From an uncultured Gemmatimonadales bacterium (GTDB lineage Bacteria; Gemmatimonadota; Gemmatimonadetes; Longimicrobiales; Longimicrobiaceae), in NCBI GenBank assembly GCA_963716255.1, contig OY970303.1, positions 416,001 through 480,000 on the forward strand: a DNA stretch of 64,000 nucleotides. The letters are read 5' to 3'. Under the pieces are notes generated by a model. That model was given only the letters and a program-made list of their open reading frames with translations, had not been told where the DNA came from and did not search any database. Positions 37,188 to 62,300 of the stretch are shown one piece after another (the first letter of the stretch is position 1; each line of letters starts with the position of its first letter). The translations under genes were made by a program, and so were the position numbers.

Positions 37188-38315
37188 CTAGACGAGCGCG
37201 GGCGCCGCGGCGGAGCGCAGCTGGAGCGAGAGCCGGGCAAGGCCCTCCTCCAGCACCTCCGTCGACCTCCCGAATCCCAGCCGGACGTGCTGCGCGTGGC
37301 CGAAGCAGTTGCCCGGCACCAGGAGCACCCGCTGCTCGCGGGCCAGCTGGTGGCAGAACGCCTCCACGTCCGGCACGGAGTCCAGTCGCGGAAAGGCGGT
37401 GACCCCGCCGCGCGGCGGGACCCAGGTGACCAGGTCGTCGTGCTCCGCCACCCAGGCGGCCAGCACGTCGCGGTTGTGGCGGGCCAGCCCCACTCGCTCC
37501 GCCAGCAGGCGGTCCGCGTGCACGACGGCGCGCTCGGCGATCATCTCCACCAGCGGCGACAGGTGCAGCGTTACGTAGTCGCGCACCCGGATCATCTCCT
37601 CCAGGATCTCCGGAGCGGCGAAGCACCACCCCACCCGCAGCCCAGGGAGCCCGTACGCCTTGGAAAAGGTGCCCGTGGAGATGGCGCGCTCGTACTTCAG
37701 CACCGGCTCCGGGAGCGGAGGAGTGTCGTAGGTCAGCTCCAGGAAGGCGTTGTCCCAAACGAGGTAGGCGCCCGCGCGGTCGCAGGCGGCGATCAGCGCG
37801 TCCTGCCCTTCGGGGGTGAGGGTGGCGCCGGTGGGGTTGTGGGGGAAGTTGACCACCACCATGCGCGTGCGCGGCCCGATCAGGCGCACCCCCTCCTCCA
37901 CGTCGGGGACGAAGCCGTTCTCCCAGCGCAGCGGCCAGTGCTTGAGCGCGCACCCCAGCGCTTCCGCGACGGCGTACAGCTGGGGGTAGCACGGGTCCAG
38001 CACCACCACCTCGTCGCCGGGGCGGAGGAGCGCGTGGTCCATGAGGAAGTTGGCCTCGCTGGAGCCGTGCGTCGCCATGGCGCGCGACGTGTCGCCGCCC
38101 AGCCAGCGGTCGGCGAGGGCACGGCGCAGCCCGTCGCCGCCCAGCGACATGCTGTCCTGGAAGACGACGCGGTCGAAGTCGGCCTCGGTGATCCCCACCA
38201 GCCGGCGCAGGTCGACCATGGAAAAGTCGTCGACCCCGCTGCTGCCGATGTCGACGTCCGTGTCGAAGTAGTAGTAGCGCATCCAGTTTTCCAGGAGCGC
38301 CGGAGGTAGCTGCAT
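37188..38315 (-). CDS. Capreomycidine synthase, VioD/CmnD-like PLP enzyme
   Basis: LLENWMRYYYFDTDVDIGSSGV, THGSSEA, VNFPHNPTG, LVWDNAF, TFSKAYGLPGLRVGW; adjacent to the VioC-like gene. Confidence 0.88.
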   Translation of the reverse strand: MQLPPALLENWMRYYYFDTDVDIGSSGVDDFSMVDLRRLVGITEADFDRVVFQDSMSLGGDGLRRALADRWLGGDTSRAMATHGSSEANFLMDHALLRPGDEVVVLDPCYPQLYAVAEALGCALKHWPLRWENGFVPDVEEGVRLIGPRTRMVVVNFPHNPTGATLTPEGQDALIAACDRAGAYLVWDNAFLELTYDTPPLPEPVLKYERAISTGTFSKAYGLPGLRVGWCFAAPEILEEMIRVRDYVTLHLSPLVEMIAERAVVHADRLLAERVGLARHNRDVLAAWVAEHDDLVTWVPPRGGVTAFPRLDSVPDVEAFCHQLAREQRVLLVPGNCFGHAQHVRLGFGRSTEVLEEGLARLSLQLRSAAAPALV

Positions 38316-38341
38316 GGCTCGTCCCGGTTGTGTCGCGCGGC

Positions 38342-39106
38342 TCAGCGGAGCGCCAGGCGAAGCAGGTCCTCGGATACCGCGTGCACCAGCTGCTGGCGCG
38401 CGCCGTTCAAAAAGAAGTGGCCGCCCGGGAACATGCGCAGCTTGAAGAACCCCCGGGTGTGCTCCTTCCACGCCATGAGGTCGTCGCGGCTCACGTCCGG
38501 GTCCTCCAGCCCGCCGAACGCGGAGATGGGGATGTCCAGCGGCACGCCCTCGCGCAGGGCGTAGGTCTCGCACAGCTCGAAGTCGGCCCGGAGAATGGGG
38601 GCGAAGAGCTCCATCAGCTCCGGGTGCTCCAGGATCTCGTCGGGCGTGCCGTTCAGGTTGCGGAGCTCCACCTGGAACTCCTCCTCCGGCAGCCCGTGGA
38701 GCTTGCGCTTGTCGCTGGGGCGCTGCGGGGCGCGCCGTCCGGACACCAGCAGGTGCTCGGGGAGCTGCTTCCCCACGGCGCGCAGGCGCCGGGTGAGCTC
38801 GAAGGCCAGCATCGCCCCCATGCTGTGCCCGAACAGGGCAAAGGGCACGTCCATGTACGGCGACAGCTCCTCGGCCAGCTGCTCCACCAGCGCCTCGGAG
38901 CGGGTGAGCGCGGGCTCGGTGAAGCGGTTGCCCCGCCCCGGGAGGTGAACCGGGACGACGTGGATCTCGGGAGGCGCCACGGCTCCCCACCCCCGGAAGA
39001 CGGAGGCGCCGCCCCCCGCGTACGGGAAGCAGAAGAGGCGGAGGCGCGCCCGGGGCCCGGGCTTTTCCCATTCGACGACGGAGCTCTTCCTGGCTGCGTT
39101 GCTCAC
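38342..39106 (-). CDS. Type II thioesterase
   Basis: LFCFPYAGGGAS, FGHSMGA, LRADF, FPGGHFF. Confidence 0.95.
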   Translation of the reverse strand: MSNAARKSSVVEWEKPGPRARLRLFCFPYAGGGASVFRGWGAVAPPEIHVVPVHLPGRGNRFTEPALTRSEALVEQLAEELSPYMDVPFALFGHSMGAMLAFELTRRLRAVGKQLPEHLLVSGRRAPQRPSDKRKLHGLPEEEFQVELRNLNGTPDEILEHPELMELFAPILRADFELCETYALREGVPLDIPISAFGGLEDPDVSRDDLMAWKEHTRGFFKLRMFPGGHFFLNGARQQLVHAVSEDLLRLALR

Positions 39107-39358
39107 TGCCTGCCATGGTTGGAGCCGGGGAAAGCGCATCCGCTCGTCCCCCGGCTGCTTGTGAACGCCCGCCCCGGCGCGCCGGAGAGGTGCCCCAAGA
39201 GGGCCTGTACACGCCTGAAGCTACCCGCGAACACGTGGTTTAGCAACCCTCCTGTCGCAAAATAACTGGCGCTTTGGACCCTCATCCGGGCGGGATCCGG
39301 CGCGTCGCCTGGACCGCCGGGAAGTGCACCCCGGCGGCCATGCGCCGCGCCTCGCGGC

Positions 39359-40474
39359 TCAGTCGAACGGGACGCCGGACGCCGCGGACAGGCGGCGGAG
39401 CTGCTCCACCACCGGGAGGATCACCGGGACCCCGTCCACGCGCCGCTTCTCCTCGGCGCGGCGGTTGGGATCGCCCGGGATCATGGGGCCGGAGGTACCC
39501 GCGGCGGGGCGGGTGCCGCGGATGGTGCGCACCCAGTCGTCCACCTGGCTCCTGAACTCGGCCGGGTCGATGAAGCCGTCGATGCGGAGCGCCATGAAGA
39601 AGTGCCCCACCCCCCTGCCCACGTAGCGCGGCGGGGCCGGCAGGTTGGCCGGGAAGGGCGGCGGGTACGGCCCCCAGTTGGCGCCGCTCAGCACCGCCGA
39701 AAGCATGTCCACCATGGCGGCCATGCAGTACCCCTTGTGGCCGCCGTGCTGGAAGTCGCCGCCCAGAGGGAGAAGGGCGCCCCCGGCCAGCATCTCGCCC
39801 GGGTCGGTGGTCATGCGCCCGTCGCGGTCCACGGCGCACCCCTCGGGGATACGCTCGCCCTTGCGCGCGGCGTGCTCCACCTTGCCGAAGGCGATTGCGC
39901 TGGTGGTCACGTCGATGACCACGTCCGGCTCCTCGCCCCCGGGGAAGGCGATGGCCATGGGGTTGGTGCCCAGCATCTTCTCGGCGCCGTAGAGCGGGGC
40001 CACCTGCGGGGGCGAGTTGGTCATCGCCCACACGATCATGTCGCGCGGGAGACCCTGGAGCGCGTAGTACTCGCCGATGCCGAAGTGGTTGCTGTTGCGG
40101 ACCGCGACCGAGCCGGAGCCCGCCGCGTCCGCCTTGTCCATGGCGATGCGGTTGGCGCGCGGTCCCACCACCAGCCCCAGCCCGTTGTCCCCGTCCACCG
40201 TGGCGGTGGCGAGGGTCTCGCGCACCACGCTGAGCTGCGGCCGGGGGTTGATCCACCCGCGCTCGAACATCTCCACGTACTGCGCCAGCCGCGCGACGCC
40301 GTGGGTGTCGATCCCCCGCAGGTCGGCGGTGGCGAGCACGTCGGCGGCCAGGCGCGCGTCCTCCTCCGGCACCTCGCGCCACCGGAGGATGCGGGTGGAG
40401 AACTCGCGCAGCCGCTCGATTGGAAAGACCTCCACCGCCGCCGGGGCGGGAGCCCCCGCGCCGCCCGCGCTCAC
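39359..40474 (-). CDS. Ldh_2 (malate/L-lactate dehydrogenase-like, NAD(P)) oxidoreductase
   Basis: ADLRGIDTHG, VDGDNGLG, VRNSNHFG, LGTNPMAIAFP, GGHKGYCMA; GTG start overlaps the upstream TGA. Confidence 0.92.
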   Translation of the reverse strand: MSAGGAGAPAPAAVEVFPIERLREFSTRILRWREVPEEDARLAADVLATADLRGIDTHGVARLAQYVEMFERGWINPRPQLSVVRETLATATVDGDNGLGLVVGPRANRIAMDKADAAGSGSVAVRNSNHFGIGEYYALQGLPRDMIVWAMTNSPPQVAPLYGAEKMLGTNPMAIAFPGGEEPDVVIDVTTSAIAFGKVEHAARKGERIPEGCAVDRDGRMTTDPGEMLAGGALLPLGGDFQHGGHKGYCMAAMVDMLSAVLSGANWGPYPPPFPANLPAPPRYVGRGVGHFFMALRIDGFIDPAEFRSQVDDWVRTIRGTRPAAGTSGPMIPGDPNRRAEEKRRVDGVPVILPVVEQLRRLSAASGVPFD

Positions 40475-41680
40475 CGTCCCCTCTTCAGCACCCGGCCGAG
40501 CCGAGCCACGCCCTCGTGGATGCGCTCGGGGCCGCAGTGGGAGAAGTTGAGGCGCACGCAGTTGGAGGCGTAGCCGTCGCCGCCCACCGCGAAGGCGCTC
40601 CCGGGGAAGAAGGCGACGCCCTCGGTGTCCAGCGCGGTGGCGAGGAGCGCCGTGGCGTCGGTCCCCTCGGCGAGCTCCACCCAGGTGAAGACGCCGGCCG
40701 TGGGAGAGCGCCAGCGCGCCTCGCCGCCCAGGTGCTCGCGGAGCGCCGCGTCCATGGCGTCGCGCCGTGCGCCGTACTCGCGCCGCAGCGTTTCCAGGTG
40801 GCCGGGGAGGAGCCCGTCGTCGATGTACGCGGAGATGATCCGCTGGGTGAAGGTGGAGGTGTTGATGTCGGTCGCCTCCTTGATGATCCCCAGCGGACGG
40901 ATCAGCTCCTCCGGCACCACCAGCCACCCGCAGCGGAGCGCGGGGGCGAAGATCTTGGAGAAGGTCCCCATGTACAGCACCCAGCGCTCGTCCAGCGCGC
41001 GCAGGGGGAAGAGGATTGTCGACGTACTGGAAGTAGCCGTACGCGTCGTCCTCCAGGATGGGCACTCGGTGCTCGCGGGCCAGCTCCACCAGGCGCCGCC
41101 GCTTTTCGGCGCTGACGCTCACCCCCAGCGGGTTGTTGCCGTCGGTGACGACGTAGATCAGCGCGGGGCGCTCCCCGGCCGCGAGCAGAGCCTCCACGGC
41201 GTCCACGTCGATCCCGGTGTCCAGGTCGGTGGGGACGGTGAGGATCTCGGGCTGGAAGGGCTCCACCGCCTGCTGGAAGCCGGTGTAGCAGAGCCGCTCC
41301 GTGAGCAGGGTGCCGCCGGGGTTCAGCAGCAGCCGCGTGAGCAGGCTCATGCACTGCTGGCCGCCGGCGGTGAGGAACACCTGCTCCTCGCGGCACTCCA
41401 CGCCGCGCCGGGCCATCAGCTCCACCACCTGCCGCCGGAGCGGCGCGAACGGCGGGGAGTACTGGAGCGCGAGCGGGTCCTGCGCCAGCACCCGCTCCGC
41501 GGCGGTCGACAGGCCGGCGGCGGGGAACAGGTCCGGCGCCGGGAAGCCCAGCGCGAGGGAGAGGATTCCGGGCTGGGAGCTCCGGACCAGCATGGTCTGC
41601 AGCGCCGAGGGGCGGACTTCCTGCGCCCAGCGGGCGAGCGTCAGCTCCTCGGTGGCCTGCATCGTGGGGATGGCGGACAC
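40471..41680 (-). pseudogene. PLP-dependent class I/II aminotransferase, frameshifted at ~41004-41008 (pseudogene or sequencing error)
   Basis: N-half (SLALGFPAPDLFP, ALQYS, NNPLG, ILEDDAYG) and C-half (LYMGTFSKIFAPALRCGW, VRLNFS) are in different frames across a G5 run. Confidence 0.85.
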
Positions 41681-41691
41681 GGTCTCCCCGC

Positions 41692-42810
41692 TCAGATGTT
41701 GCCGCGGAGGGCCTGCTCGGCCTCGAGTGACTCGAAGAGCGCCTTGATGTTCCCGGCGCCGAAGCCCTTGGCGCCGCGCCGCTCGATCACCTCCACGAAG
41801 AAGGTGGGGCGGCCCTCCAGCGGCTCCGTGAAGGTCTGCAGCAGGATGCCGTCCTCCTCGCGGTCGATCTGCACGCCCAGCTCGGAGGCGGGGATCATGT
41901 CCGCGGGGTCCACCGCGCCGATGCGCGCCTCCAGCATCTGGTAGTAGGTCTGCGGCACGCGCAGGAACTTGATGCCGTTGCCCTGGAGCGCGCGCACGAC
42001 CGTGAAGATGTCCTCGGTGAGGTAGGCTACGTGCTGGCTGCCGGCGCCCTTGTTGAAGTCCAGGTACTCCTCGATCTGCGACTTGCCCTTGGAGGGGGCG
42101 GGCTCCTGCATGGGGAACTTGATGCTCCCGGTGGGATCCTCCACCACCTTGGAGTTCATCGCGCTGCGCTCGGTCCACACCATCTCGTGCTTGGACTGGT
42201 GGAAGCCCAGCACGTTGGTGTAGAAGTCCACCTGCGCGTCCAGGTCGCCCTCGCGCAGGCTGACGGCGACGTGGTCAACCGCGAGGAGCCCGCGCCCCAG
42301 CGACGCGGCCGGGCCCATGTGGTCCACCGGCTGGTAGTGCGGGAGGAAGCGCCCGGCGTAGTCGCCGCGCTGGATGAAGGAGTGCACCGTGTCGCCGAAA
42401 GCGCCGATGGTGGCCTTGACCACCCTGCCGCCGTCGTCCGAGAAGGCGGTGGGCTCCATGATGGGGGTGGCGCCGCGGGACACCGCGGCCTCGAAGGCCT
42501 GCGCCACGTCGTCCACCGTGAAGGCCACGTCGCGGACGCCGTCGCCGTGCTGGTGCACGTGCAGCGCGATGGGGCTGTCCGGGGTGAGGCCGCTGGACAC
42601 CACCAGCCGGATGCGCCCCTGCTCGAGCGCGAAGGAGGCGCGGTCGCGCACGCCGGTGGCGAGCCCGGCTCTGCCCACGGGGCGGAAGCCGAAGATCGTG
42701 CGGTAGAAGTGCGCCGCCTGGAAGGCGTTGCCCACCCACATCTCCACGTGGTCGATGCCTCTGAGCTGGACGGCGCTCCGGGTCGCGACTTCCTCTTCGA
42801 TCTTGGCCAT
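41692..42810 (-). CDS. HppD-family dioxygenase with 4-hydroxymandelate synthase (HmaS)-like signature
   Basis: HGDGVRDVAF, VDHVA, QHVA, FFVEVIER; AMNSKVV and GNIKAL (HmaS-type) rather than GNFKAL. Confidence 0.8.
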   Translation of the reverse strand: MAKIEEEVATRSAVQLRGIDHVEMWVGNAFQAAHFYRTIFGFRPVGRAGLATGVRDRASFALEQGRIRLVVSSGLTPDSPIALHVHQHGDGVRDVAFTVDDVAQAFEAAVSRGATPIMEPTAFSDDGGRVVKATIGAFGDTVHSFIQRGDYAGRFLPHYQPVDHMGPAASLGRGLLAVDHVAVSLREGDLDAQVDFYTNVLGFHQSKHEMVWTERSAMNSKVVEDPTGSIKFPMQEPAPSKGKSQIEEYLDFNKGAGSQHVAYLTEDIFTVVRALQGNGIKFLRVPQTYYQMLEARIGAVDPADMIPASELGVQIDREEDGILLQTFTEPLEGRPTFFVEVIERRGAKGFGAGNIKALFESLEAEQALRGNI

Positions 42811-43152
42811 GGTTGGTTGTCCTCTGCCGGGATTGAATTCGCGGCGACGCGGGGTCGCCCTCGGGCTCTGGGTGCGGTGCTGCGACGACTCCGGCCGCCG
42901 GCGGAGCGGCTTCCGTCCGCTTCCTGTCCTCACAAGTGCGGGATGCCCGGCGGCGGGGACGCGGAAGAGCCGCGCCCGCGGGGCCTGCGCCACCGCGGTC
43001 TACGGGCGGCGCGGAGGGGCGCGCTCCCGACGTGCCCGCGCAACAGGGGTCGTATAATATTCGCATCCTGTATGCCAGGGTGCAACCCTGCCGACGGCCC
43101 GCGCGGCGATGCGAGCCGAAGCGGCCGGCCGGTATCTCCGCCCGCCGTCCGC

Positions 43153-59385
<16,233 letters not shown>

Positions 59386-59396
59386 GCGCCCGCCGC

Positions 59397-62300
59397 TCAC
59401 CCCCGCCCCGCGGCCCGGCGCTCGCGCAGGATGCGCTGCACCTCCTCCGGAGACATCCCCGCCACCAGGCGCAGCATCTTCGCGGCCTTCTCGGTCTGCC
59501 CGGGGCGCGGCTCCAGCCGGGCCAGCGCCGCGGCCAGGCCGGCCACGGTGGGCGTCTCGAAGAGCACGCGCAGCGGCAGCTCCGCGTGCAGCATCCGGCG
59601 GGTGCGGGTGACGACGCGCGTGGCCAGCAGCGAGTGCCCGCCCAGCGCGAAGAAGTCGTCGTGCACGCCCACGCGCTCCACCCCCAGCACGTCCCGCCAG
59701 ATGTCCGCCAGCACCTCCTCGACCGCGGTGCGCGGTGCGGCGTACTCGCGCTCCGCGGCGGACGCGTCCGGTGCCGGGAGCGCCGCCCGGTCCGTCTTGC
59801 CGTTGGACGTCAGCGGAAGCGCCTCCAGGACCACCCAGTCCGCGGGGACCATGTAGTCCGGGAGCCGGCCCCGGAGCCAGGCGCGCAGCACCTCCACGTC
59901 CGGCCCGCGCGCGCCCTCCCCCACCACGTACGCGGCGAGCCGCCGGTCGCCCGGCGCGTCCTCGCGCGCCATGACGAACGCCTCGCGCACCGCCGGGTGG
60001 TCGGTCAGCACGGCCTCCACCTCGCCGGTCTCGATGCGGAAGCCGCGGATCTTGACCTGGAAGTCCATCCGGCCCAGGACCTCCAGGCCGGCGTCCGCCA
60101 GGCGGCGCACCCGGTCGCCGGTGCGGTACAGCCTCGCGCCGGGCTCCGCGGAGAACGGGTCCGGGACAAAGCGCTCCGCGGTGAGGTCCGGCCGCTCCAG
60201 GTAGCCGCGCGCCACCCCTTCCCCGCCGATGAAAAGCTCGCCCGGCACCCCCGCCGGCACCGGCTCGCCGTGCGGGTCCAGCACGTACAGCCGCACGTTG
60301 CCGTGGGGCGTGCCCACCGGGAGGTTGTGCCGCCGCGCGCCCCCGTCGTCCCCCGCCTCCAGCCGCAGCGTGGTCGACGTGCAAGCCGTTTCCGTGAGGC
60401 CGAAGACGTGCACCAACGGCACGCCCAGCGTCGCCCACTCCGCCAGCCGCTCCGGCGCGACGCGCTCCCCGCCCACGATCACCCAGCGCACGCACTCCGG
60501 GACGCGCCCGCCGCCGTGCACCAGGTCGTACGTCCACTCGTGCCAGTACGCCGTGGGCAGCTCCAGCCCCGTCACCCCGTGCTTGGCGATGGCGCGCGTC
60601 AGCTCCGGCGGCGAGAACAGGTCCTCCCCCGCCAGCACCACCGCCGCCCCCGCCAGCCAGGTGGGGAACAGCTCCTCCACCACCACGTCGAACCCCAGCG
60701 ACGCGAACTGGAGCACGCGGTCGCCCGCCCCCAGCCCCATCCGCGCCGCCATGTCCACCGCGAAGTTCACCACCGCCCGGTGCGGCACCGCCACCCCCTT
60801 GGGCCGCCCGGTGGAGCCGGAGGTGTAGATGACGTAGGCCAGGTTGTCGGGGGACGACGAGTGCGAAAGTACGCCCGCATCCACCGGAGTGTCGTGCTGG
60901 AGGGAGGTGTCCACCGCGACGACCTCGCCCGCGAACCACCCGAACCGGTCCGCCAGTGCTTCCTGCGTGAGCAGCACCCGCGCGCCGCAGTCCTCCAGCA
61001 CCCAGCGCAGGCGGTCCTCCGGGTAGCCAGGATCCAGCGGCACGTACGCCGCGCCCGCCTTCAGCGCCCCCAGGATCGCGGCCGGCATCTCCGGGCCGCG
61101 ATCCATGGAGATCCCCACCCGCTCCTCCGGGCCCACGCCCAGCTCCCGCAGGCGGGCGGCGACCTCCGCGGCGCGCGCGTCCAGCCCGGCAAAGGTCAGC
61201 TCGCCGCCCTCGAACACCACGGCCGGGGCGTCCGGCGCGAGGACGGCCCGTGCGGCGAAGGCTCCGTGGAGGGTGAGGTGGCGCGGGAAGTCGTACGCGG
61301 TGTCGTTCCAGCGCTCCACCACCCGCTCGCGCTCGCCGGGCGGCATCAGCGGCAGGGCGGAGACGCGGGCCGAGGGTTCCGCCGCCATCCCCTCCAGCAG
61401 GACGCGGAAGTGCTCCATCATGCGGTCCACGGTGGCCGCGTCCCACAGCTCGGCGCGGAACTCCACGCCGCAGCGCAGCCCGCCGTCCTCGCCGAAAAGC
61501 ACCAGCGCCAGGTCGAAGGGCGTCGCCCCGGTCTCCGTCGCCAGCGGCTCCACCTCCACCTCGCCCAGCCGCAGCGGCTCGCCGCCCAGCTCCGCCAGGG
61601 TGAACATCACCTGGAAGAGCGGCGTGTGCCCCAGGCTGCGCTCCACCCGCAGCTCGTCCACCAGCCGCTCGAAGGGGAGGTCCTGGTGGGTCTGCGCCTC
61701 CAGCATCCGTTCGCGCGCCTGCGCCAGCAGCTCCCGTGTGGTGGGGTCCGCGGACAGGTCGGCGCGCAGCACCAGCGTGTTGACGAAGAAGCCGATCATT
61801 CCCTCCGTCTCCAGCCGCGTGCGCCCGGCCACCGGCGTCCCCACCAGCACGTCGTCCGTGCCGGCGTAGCGGGCGAGCAGCGCCTGGAACCCCGCCAGCA
61901 GCGTCATGAACAGCGTGGCGCCCTCCCGCCGCGACAGCGCGCGCAGCGCGTCCGCCAGCTCCGCCGGGAGGTGGAAGACCCGGAAGCCTCCCTCCGGGCT
62001 CGGCGCCGCCGGGCGGGGGCGGTCCGTGGGGAGCTCCAGCAGCGGGGGGGCGCCCCGCAGCCGCTCGCGCCAGTAGGCGAGCTGCCGCCCGGTGGTCTCG
62101 CCGTCCAGCCAGCGGCGCTGCCAGGCCGCGTAGTCGGCGTACTGCACCGGCAGCTCCGGGAGCGGCGAGGGCTCGCCGTGCAGGGAGGCGCCGTACAGCG
62201 CGGACACCTCGCGCACCAGGATGGGCGTGGACCACTCGTCGCTGACGATGTGGTGCACGGTGAAGAGCGCCACCGCGTGGTCCTCGCCCAGACGGAGGAG

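Noticed and set aside
39359..42178. 939-aa aminotransferase-Ldh fusion in the ORF track
   Set aside because: Artefact of the frameshift at ~41005; Ldh_2 has its own GTG start coupled to the aminotransferase stop.
41692..42810. Ordinary tyrosine-catabolic hppD
   Set aside because: GNIKAL/AMNS signature, BGC location and no hmgA nearby make it less likely, though it is not excluded without an assay.
43045..43070. TATAAT box in the hmaS-NRPS intergenic region
   Set aside because: It lies on the plus strand while the flanking genes are on the minus strand, and no convincing -35 was found.
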